A stretch of 64,000 bases of DNA from the human T2T-CHM13v2.0 reference genome, Homo sapiens. The stretch lies in assembly GCF_009914755.1 (NCBI RefSeq), contig NC_060928.1. One strand, given 5' to 3'. This document shows, piece by piece, positions 53,335 to 64,000 of the stretch. A program made the position numbers and the translations under genes. Every line of letters begins with the position of its first letter. Within the stretch, counting starts at the first letter, position 1. Below the pieces are notes generated by a model. It worked only from the letters and a program-made list of their open reading frames with translations, was not told the origin of the DNA and searched no databases.

Positions 53335-54974
53335 TGAAGGGAGGGAGGGAGAGAAATAAGTGAAGACTGAGACAGATATAGATGAAAAATAATAACTTTA
53401 AAAACTGTGTCCATGAAAAGCATTCTCATTTAAAGTAGAAACACTCTGAAGTGGATGTGATCTCTGGTTTTCTTATCAAAGTTTGTGTGAATATAGGTAA
53501 ATCACCTCATAATTATATGATACCTTATTATCCTGTTTGTAAAGTTTGATTAATTTTCAGTAGTACAGATGAAATAATTATCCTTAATTTAAGAAATTAA
53601 ATATTGATGCAAAATGCCTAACTACATCATATTACTTGTTCTTTTCTTCAAACATCTGTTACTATCCTTATAAAATATTGCTTTTTAAGAATTCACATCT
53701 TAATGGTCCTATGTATGTATAACATACAATAATTTGGCATTAAGTAATTTAACCTATATAAACTGATGTTCTGACAAATTTATACACATGTTGCTTTCTT
53801 TTATTTGTGTGCTAGGGTAGCAATAAATAACCATTCTCTAACAGGCTTTCCCCTGTAGACTTCATTGTTGTAAAAATCGCTTTAGGCCCACAGCTCTTTA
53901 AATCATTGCAGTCTGTATTGCAACAGGTGGCTGCAAAGGAATTAAACATAAAAGGAAATAAAAGCAATGTAAAAACCCCATTGTTGGAATACGGTTGCCA
54001 CTGGCATAATTTCTTCCATCTGATTTCCTCAGCTTCTACCCGTATAGCTGCCACAGTCTCTTAAGCAATAATGCGGCAACTTTTTGTAAAACCATGACTA
54101 TGCTTTACTACTAGGCTTATAAATACCAGGTAGCTCAGCTTCAGCTTTTTTCCTGACTTTGTGGGTTTGGTGACTCAGTGTGAGGTGCAGCTGGAAATCC
54201 GGTACTTGATGGCTAGAGAAGGATCTCTTTTTTCCAACAGATCTGCTTTTGTCATATCAGCCTGAAAGGAACCATTTTTCTCTAAAAGTCTTTTTCTGAG
54301 TGTCCTAAATAGTGTGTAATATACAGGATGATTAGAGTTTAGATAAGATTTCACTTTATCAAAGCCTTAACCTCAAACGAGTTAAAAATTCTTTCCCTTT
54401 GTCCAAAATAATAGCATCTTATGAATGTGTATGTTACAAATAGTGGAGAGACAGAACTGAGAGTCTTGCCATAGAGGCTGGAAAATAGGACTAAGATAAT
54501 TATTAACAATTGTGAGACACCATGGTTTCTTGTTTAATGGACTTAATAAAAAAGGCTCTGTTCCAGTGGCTGGCATAAAGAGAGTGAATGTTGTTTATCA
54601 GAGTCTACACCACAGACTCAACCAAGGGAAAAAGAGACGTCTAGTTTGTCTGCTTTAGTTTTATCGATATAACCACTCCCTTCTATTGACAGATCTCCCC
54701 ATTTCTCAAGTAACAGGGAAAATGAAAGATAAAATTAAAATAGGTTAATAAAGTATATATACAAAGTTATAATGAAACTCTTCTTATTTTGTGTGTGTAC
54801 CTTGAGCCGGACTCAGAGCTCTAGACTGTACGCTCTACTTGTCTGGGTTTAGTCATATGACTCTTTCCCAGCTCCAGGAACCATTAGAATATTAGAATTT
54901 TCTATGTTCCTATTGGGAAGCCCACTACCCATATACTTAATTGACTCCTACTCAGTCCTCAGATCTTAGAAGGG

Positions 54975-55225
54975 CAGTATTACCTTCTAGTTTAAGGTAA
55001 GGGCTCTGGAGCCAGCCTGCCTGGTGTGGATTGCTCTTTTGCCTTTAGGTGATTTTATGACAGTGATGTATTGTTAGGAATTTAATTGTTTTGTGCCCAG
55101 TTTCCTCACCTGTAAAGTCAACTGATAATAACAGTGTGTTCCCTAAAGAATTATTATGAGTATTAAATGAATTAACCTTTGCCAAGTGTTTTGAGCAAGG
55201 ACAAGCACATAGTAAGTATTCAGTA
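54975..55225 (+). mobile_element. MIR
   Basis: GGGCTCTGGAGCCAGCCTGCCTGG...CCCAGTTTCCTCACCTGTAAAG...ACATAGTAAGTATTCAGTA. Confidence 0.8.
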
Positions 55226-58069
55226 CCGGGAAGCCATTTCTGACTAAGTAAAGACTTTTGTTAATAAGCTCTCATGACCCATGTAGTTCTCCTTAGGAGC
55301 ATTGGTCAGTTTTAGTTTGTGTGTGGGTAGGTGTGTTTTTGTGTGTATGATTCAAGTCTGTGTTTCCAGTAGGGGCCTGTGCTCTCTCAGGCATTTCAAG
55401 TCTTGTTTTACATTAAAATTTGCTTTTACACTATCCTAACAGCATTTTATTCTTTGTTGTAAAATATTAGGATAGATAAAGAGAATAAATAAATTTGGCC
55501 ATATGAATCTTTTAAGGTCTAAATGTTCCCTATTTTCAAGGTCATTTATAGTTTACAGCGTAAGAATGTTGCACAAAATACAAGTGCCAAGGGAACAAGT
55601 AGTATAGAAATTCATTTAGGGCATAGGATGATTTACTTGAGAAGTCAAAGATAATTCCAAGGTCTGAAACTCTATACGCATATGAAGTCAAAGAAGACAA
55701 TATGTTTATGTCATGACAATAATAATTAATTTTATTATATTTAGTTTGTTTTAAAAACAAAACAAAAAAAAACAAACCCCCAGCACTCTGAAGTATTATT
55801 ACTTATGCTTTCTATCAGCCGGATGCTTTATTTATCATTATAGATTTTACACACTGAATAAGGTGGGCTAATTTAAATTCAGCATATCCCTTGTAACTTT
55901 TTAAAATTATCCACGTATTATAAATCATACTCCTAATGGGAGTATGAAAGAGTAAACATTAACATAATTTGCATTACTACATAAATAATTTTTTTAAGTC
56001 ATAATACAATGGATAAAATTCCAAAACCTTTACATGTTTCTCAAGTCCATGCTGAGCATTCCAGAAATCAGTCAGAATACTAGCATCTAGGGAAGGGCAT
56101 TCATTCTTTTAAATGCCTTGACTCATTCCAGGTAATATTTTGTATTTAGCTGCTACAGGATCTAGTAGTAGCCTAATTGTCTGCAGGAGGGTCAACTATT
56201 TCTCTCAGCATTGGTTTTCCTACCAGTAACAGATAGACACTGCCTTTTTTGTTGTTAGTAATACTGAGTAACATGATTAAATTCTTAAATCAATGAAAAT
56301 AATCCATGTGCTTTCCTGAAATCTGAGTTCCTATAATGACTGCATATTTATTTGCTTCTTTATAGATAAGTACTCCTTGTTTTAAAATTTTGAATTATGA
56401 CTTCGAATATAAATATATGCTGCAGGAAATAATTTAACTTTCTATATTAAAAGGTAGTATTCCTCTTTGGGGAATTTACCAAATTAAAGAAATGCTGGTT
56501 TAGCAACTATGAGCAAGGTTCTGTGCTATGGTACAATTAAGAAGACATTCATGTAATATGGTTCATTTTAATGACATTTAAAATGAAGTTGATAAGGGAG
56601 GATGATAATTCCTACAAAGATTTAAAAAAATAATAAAACAGTGGTTTTGAAAGATTTTTTTCATTTACCACCCGAAGGAATTTTTAAATTCATGATGTAC
56701 CTCTTTAATGTTTTAGATTAACATTGAAAACATTTTCATTACAAATTTTTAAAGTTGCAAAGAATATATTTTAGAACACTGGAAACATTGACAGTCACTT
56801 TTTTAAATTGATTCAGTAGGACTTAAATACAGTATATATTAGATATTTACCATTATTCAACTAAAAACATCCCTGAACAATGTCTTTTTAACAGGCTGAT
56901 ATTTTACTTTGTCCTTTTTACTGCTTGAATTCATTATTCCTTTGGAATTATTTCACAAAATTGTATCTTATAGTAATATGCTTCTGTGCTTGCAAGTATT
57001 TACTTGTTTACTCTCTCAAGCTTCTTTTTAGCATGTGAATATTCAACAGTCTATATTTTCCATGGAACTATAAAGCTTTAAGTGTTTTTTTAAAAGCCTC
57101 CTCTATATTGACTTATCTTTACATGTAATAGTAGTATCCAATTGATCAAAATTACATAAAATGCATTTATTTTTTGATAAGTATTATTATAAAATAGAAA
57201 ATATTGGTAATAAAATTTTCAGTTACATAGATGGAAGTGATGTTAATAGTATACAGATAAATAAATAGTTTAAATACCAATTTGTTTGTTTTTTCATTCT
57301 TGTAGGCAGTATATCATAGTGACATTCTAGATAGCTGAGAGGAATTTCTATTATAAAATGGAAAAAGCTGTGATTTTGAAAAAGGCTACAGAAGTGATTC
57401 TTGATCTTTTAAGTGTCTTCTGAGGCAAATTCATTTTAAAAAAGGGACTACATTGAATTTTAAGATCTGAAAGTTGATTATCTTAAAATGATCTGGAGTG
57501 CCATACCCTTTAGAGACCATTTCTATTTTCTCAGTTTCTGACAACAGTGCAGTATTTAACTGACAAAAAAGCATTTAGGTTACAGGGATTTCTTGTAATC
57601 ACAGAAATGGTCGATTAAGGTATTATTGAACAGAGTTTTTCTTAATTGTAAACATTTTTTTTGTAAGATTTGGATACCTCTTCTAAAATCTCCAAATGTC
57701 ATGATTACAGAAGTAGAAGGAAATGTATTTAAGAAATACAGTATAATATAATACGATTATTTATTACAATACAATTATTGTATTATGCACAACACAATAC
57801 ATTAAATACAATAAATGTATTTAAGAAACAGTAAGCCAATTAACACAAAGTGGAATATTTTAGTTAGCTTTGAGTACTAGATTCAGTACTTTCAACATAT
57901 CCTTTCTCTGCTATTGTGTTTAAAGGCATTGCTTATTGAACACTGATTAATAGGAAAACATGGTTCATATGATGCTGTGGGAAGAATGAAGTGATAGAAC
58001 AATACAAATTACTTTGGAGTTGATAAGTGTTTAAACAATTACAGTATTCCTGGGACGAGATGTTATTTT

Positions 58070-58513
58070 TGATGTTATCTATTACTGCTTGAAAAGTTCA
58101 AAGACTAGAACTTTAAATATGATCTTATATTTTCTATGGGTCACAAATCTGGATGTTACTTAACTAGTGCCTCTGACTCAGTGTTTCTTATGAGGTTGCA
58201 GTAAAACTGTTGGCCAGGGCGGCAGTCTCATCTGAAGGCACAATTTGTGGAGAATCCACTTCCAAGCTTATTCATGCAGGCCTCTTTATAGGGATACATC
58301 ATGACATGGCAGCTGGCCTCTCCCAGAGTAAACCATACAAAAAAGAAGATGTCTAAGATGGAAGCCTTAGTATTTTTGTTATCTAATCTTGGAGGTGAAA
58401 TCCCATCACATCTGCCATATTCTACTTGTTAGAAATTAGTAAGCTCTGCTCAGTCTGAAGAGGAATAGAATGCAATCATGAACCAATGGGTCCATTATAA
58501 AGCTGCCTACTAC
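58070..58513 (-). mobile_element. MLT1F/G-like MaLR solo LTR
   Basis: ATGAGGTTGCAGT..GGCCAGGGC..CATCTGAAGGC, ATGACATGGCAGCTGGC, CTGCCATATTCTA, end GCTGCCTACTAC. Confidence 0.75.
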
Positions 58514-59249
58514 GAAGTTAAGGCCTGAGATACAGATTTGGCAGAAGTAATAGAAAGATCTATTTCAAAGAAAGTCTTGATAAACTTTGGAGAGATGGCC
58601 CTGACTTTTAATCATAACTCCATGATTAACTCAAGATGTGACCCTGAGAGAACTGATTTATTTTTTTGGGGGTTGTAGCTTTCTCATATGTAAAGTGAAG
58701 TACTGAGCTCAATTATACCTAAAGTTTTGTTATTATTTGGTACATTTTCTTTTGTCCCTTGTATCTGATTGAATTTTAGGAGCCAAGGAATCTGATTGAA
58801 TGTAGGGCTTGTCAGTGCTACAAATAAATTAAGTAAATTGAAAACTGTGAAGAGGACATTGGATTTGACAATAAGTCCACTGGGGAATTTTTTCAGAGAA
58901 TTTTCAGTGACTGAGCAGGGCAACCTGGAATAAATGAGAGATTGAAGTGTGTTTGACTTAATACAGCCAACAGTCATTGGTTGATAAGGTGAGAATTTCG
59001 GCAGTGAAAGGAAAAAAACACCTATTTGTATGTGTTTGTGTGTGTGTGTGTGTGTGTGTGGTCTTTTTTTTAAGTAGGGGAAACTTTTAAAATATTTCCA
59101 AGAAAGATAGAGATTAGAGGTTTTTAAAAAAAGCCCTCGTGTTATTCACTTTTGTACCCTGGGTACTGTACACAGTGCCTAGAACAAACCAAACACACGG
59201 CGAGGGTGTGTATGTGAAAGGAAAGCAGTTTTTCCTTCAGTTATTTTAG

Positions 59250-59495
59250 GCAGTGAATATATAGTTAAGAGAAGTCTCTAGGATGAGACTCCCTGAATAG
59301 AACATGGATCCAGCACTTACTTGTTTAATGACATGTGTTTGGACAAGTTTCTAAAAGTTATTGTGGCTCAGCTTTTCCATATGTAAAAGTGATATAATTT
59401 CAGTCTGTACAAGAAATAAATGAGGAGGAAAAAAACCAAAACATGTATAGAGTTTATAATAGGAAGTGAGACACACTAAGAGCTTAATAAGTATT
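59250..59495 (+). mobile_element. MIR (diverged)
   Basis: TGGACAAGTTTCTAA...GGCTCAGCTTTTCCATATGTAAAAGTG. Confidence 0.6.
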
Positions 59496-62039
59496 TACTC
59501 CTATTATCTGTTTTATCTAGAAAAAAATATTTTCAGCCTTTTAAAAAAAAATAGAAAAGCTTACTTCTATCTGTGGGGCCTGGAATCATTGTGGAATCTT
59601 AATCATTGGTTTGTTTTAGCACAATTTAGATAAGCAGACATTTATTGACTGTCTGTTAGATGCCAAGTCTTGTGCTAGTTGATGGAGACAAGAAGATGAA
59701 TAAAACATGAACTTGTATATTGGGCATTATTGTCTAGGAGTGGATATACACCTGTGGACAAATGAGAATAATAAAGTATTCTGGACCCTGAAATGGAATT
59801 GTCAATAGGCATTTTGAGGGATCGTCAGGAAAATCTTTGCAGAGGAAAAAAAAAATCTGTGAATATTACAGAAGTAGGGATTATTTTGTTCCAGAAATAA
59901 AGATGATTAGGCAGTTCATGCTTGAGCTTCTACTTTTGCAATACAGCCAGCAGACAGAACATTTTAGAAGGTTATGTTTTGGTGTGCACTGAGAATGTAA
60001 GACAACTTGAGCAAAATTCCTCTGAAATATTCAGAATGCAGTCTTGGCATTTACATGCAAGTGTCCTTTTATGCGAATAACTTCTAAATAGGGAAAATAA
60101 CAGAATGTGAAAATCCTAGGAACTTCTGTGAATGACAGTGAAAAAATCAATTTGACTGTTTTCTGCCGGAGGGTTTGTTTTGCCTCCCTACCTTGTGAGG
60201 ACCTAAAAGTTAAGGACAAGCAACAAAAAAGTCTCACTGTTGTGATAAATACTGCTTGTAGGACACTGAGGTAATTTATTTATTCACAGCATTTGTTTAG
60301 GGCAGTGTTTTATAGAATATTATTAGTTGCTAAATTTATAAAACTGAAATAATGTCATTCTTGCCCTAAAGGGTTTTTTAAGAAAAAGAAAAAGAAAATT
60401 TATCTAACAATAAGGAAGAGTGAGAACATTTTAAATAACAAGAAAGACAAATATGAGAAATGTCTTCATTGTGTTGCTTTTATAATTTCTTTTTCCCCTT
60501 AAACAGAAAGAAATATGTTAACTTCATCAGCATTCTTTACAAGAAGAAAAGGCACATATATCTCAAAGCTTTAGCACTGAGGGATTACCAGTTCTCTGTT
60601 ATCTAAAAGCATAAATATAGTTCATTTGAGCACTATTATATTTTACCTATCTATCCAAATGTAGTATATCTCTTCCAAAGATAAATCATTTCCCCCACAA
60701 GATTTTGAAGTTGCCGGTTAAATTAATATAAATTACTGTCCCAGGCTTATTAAATTACTACTGCCCAATTGCACAGTTACATTTTTAATTTAAAATGATT
60801 AATCTCTCACCAAAGAATGTGTGCATCTCATAACAATCAATTAAACCATTTTAGGCTAATCTAACAACTATTTTAGAACGGGGAGGAAAAATGTGAAATA
60901 TATGTTTTCCGTACTCTAATTCAACATTCTGAACGGAGTTATCCCAAGCTAGGAAATTTTCTAATGCTTCCTTGCTTATCATTGACTTGCTCTGTAGTAG
61001 CCTTTATTGCATATCACATGCCGTAAGATGTCTTACTTATTTGTAAAAAATAAAAGTATTTGTTTAAATCATGACATTTTAAGCATATTTTGTTGGAACT
61101 GGAAGGGGATAGTATTAGCTGGGATACAATTAACAAAACCACTATGTTAGCTCAGCCAAGGAAAATAGTTCATTTTGGTTGAATTCAGAGCTCATTTCTG
61201 AAAGTCTGACAAAGATTTATGGGGTTTTTTTCCTGTCATTCCCACTTAGTCCCCGTGGTCCTATATCTTTCTTGAAGTACATAAGAAACAGTTAGTGCTA
61301 ATGGCAAGATATCTTCTATGAAGGTGCATATTAAAGGTGGATTTAGGAAATGTTAGCAAAGCCACTCTGATTTTTTGATGTAATGATGAGGTATGACTAC
61401 CCAGTGTAGATCTTGATTAATATTCATAAAATATATCTTACATTTTCTTTGTTTTATCAAACTACTTGCCAAGATCTTGTGCTAACTGCTGTGACTATAC
61501 AGATTCCTTAGTAGCTTTGATAATGTTTCAAGGATTTAAATTTCAATTCAAAAATATTAAATCAGTGATAAAGGAAGCTTCTAAATTATATTACTTCATA
61601 GATTTATAGGCTCTATGCATTTAGTGCTGAAACCTGTAGACGTTCTCTTATTCACTGTTAAGCGTATGTGTAGATCATGTACTGATGAACAAATAAAGAT
61701 AGCCTTTAGTTTCAAACATCTACAATCTTATGCAAGCATTTTAGTTAAGAATTTAGATTTAAAAAGATAAATCAACTCAAAAAATGTAGGTAGATTAGCA
61801 GCACTACAGTCTATCTTGGCTCATGGGCATTTCTTTGGGCTTTGCTGAGTTTGATCATATGACTCCTCATATTCATCATTGTATTTAGGAGTCAGATATT
61901 CTGTTGCACAACAGCCATAGTACTCTGTCTTCTGGCGGATGCCTTTCTCAATTAATTATTCTTTCTACTGTTTCTTACCATAATTAATTACTTAACAAAT
62001 ATTCTTGTGTATTAATAGTTTATAAGGGCAATAACTCTT

Positions 62040-62716
<677 letters not shown>

Positions 62717-64000
62717 CTATGCTATCCCCTCCTCCCTATTTTATTTCTTTACTTATTTATTAATAAAATTATTTATTTATGTAGTTAGTTATTTTGTTCA
62801 GTTCATGTGAAAACACTGAATAAATATACAGAAATAAATGAAAAAATATTTTACTAAACCTTGAAAAAAGCACCATTCAGAAATATATCTGATACGTAAT
62901 TTAAAAAAAGATTCATAGCTTTTTGGTAATTTTTCAGTTCAATACATCTAAACTTAATTTCAGCCATAGTTTGAGCCTCTATTCAAATTACGTAAAATCA
63001 AAACAGTCAAATGCACCAGAAAAATCGAATGAATTTTCCATTATTAAGTCAGAAAATTCATAGCCCGATTTTAATCTGACAACATGGTCAAGTTTTGGTG
63101 AGGTGGTCCTTCCTATTTTATTATTATTAAGCTATGGTAGCATTTAGTTTTTAAAGATAGTTATTGTATATAGAATAGTGATGTTACACACACACACACA
63201 CACACATGTGCACACACAATTTTATGCAAAAGAAAGCTGACTATTTGATCGGTAAAGACATTAACATACCATGAATAAATTATCTGCACCAAAGTGCTTG
63301 ATACAAAAATGTTATGGAATCAAGGATTTTAACTGTATATGCTTTAGCTCATTATAAGCAGAAGTTGCTTCCCAATTTCATTGTATATTTTCTTCAGTTT
63401 CTCTGAGACATTTGGCTAATGTGGCCCAACAATACAAGTGTGTGTAAGAGGACATAGAAAGCTAATATTATCTCCTCTTCACTTGTCTTCAGGGATTTAA
63501 GAGGCTGTCCATAATTGAAAATTTATCTTACTGTGGATTTGTGGATTGGAGTCAGTACATCCTGCCATAATGTGATGATATGTCTTTATCTCTATTATTT
63601 TTAAAAGCTGTAGCTATTTTGACACTGTATATATAAGTATATATATAGTGTTGAAATATGTATCTTTTTTACTACAGAATTTGTGGAAAAAACTTGTCAA
63701 TTTTTAATGTTTAAAGTATTACATTTCTCATCTTCAAAAAAAGGCTTGAAATAGTTTAAGAGTTTTCATTAGTTCTGAAACATTGTGATTATCCAAATAT
63801 GGACTTCATACTTTTTACATATATTAAAATATTTTAATTAACTTCTCCATAAAAATGTCTTAAAAGTCACGTTTCATTTTTTCTTATGAATTTGCTTGGA
63901 GAATAAAACATAAAATAATAATGACTTTCATTTGGGACAGAATCTTCCATAGCCAATAAAAAGTTTATATATGTCAGAGTACTTATGGGCATTTAGGATG

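Noticed and set aside
57280-57345. Good plus-strand acceptor (TTTTTCATTCTTGTAG)
   Set aside because: All three frames stop within about 35 nt and there is no convincing donor

Overview
AT-rich primate (human-like) genomic DNA with no CpG island and no host protein-coding exon I can recognise. LTR elements and young L1 fragments lie mostly on the minus strand, which suggests (inference) an intron of a plus-strand gene. The main feature is a 4.4-kb internally deleted class III endogenous retrovirus on the minus strand (9937-14352). It has two LTR18-like LTRs, a 5-bp TSD, a tRNA-Ser primer-binding site (HERV-S/HERVL18 family), a polypurine tract and an 837-nt LTR-to-gag open frame. It also has a dead protease, RNase H and integrase-tail remnants with RT deleted, and a frameshifted gamma-type env (CXXC, immunosuppressive domain, CX6CC, TM). 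The rest is a typical repeat landscape: about 15 Alus (one chimeric, one nested inverted pair), a 5'-inverted L1MA carrying THE1C that in turn carries an Alu, DNA transposon fossils, MaLR/ERVL solo LTRs, MIR/L2 fragments, STRs, a probable 3'UTR retrocopy, two candidate cryptic exons and a cluster of template-switch scars. Repeat subfamily names come from recalled consensus sequences, not a search. I see no evidence for a wholly new biological system. The best lead is the LTR-initiated, ERV-L/Fv1-type gag ORF.
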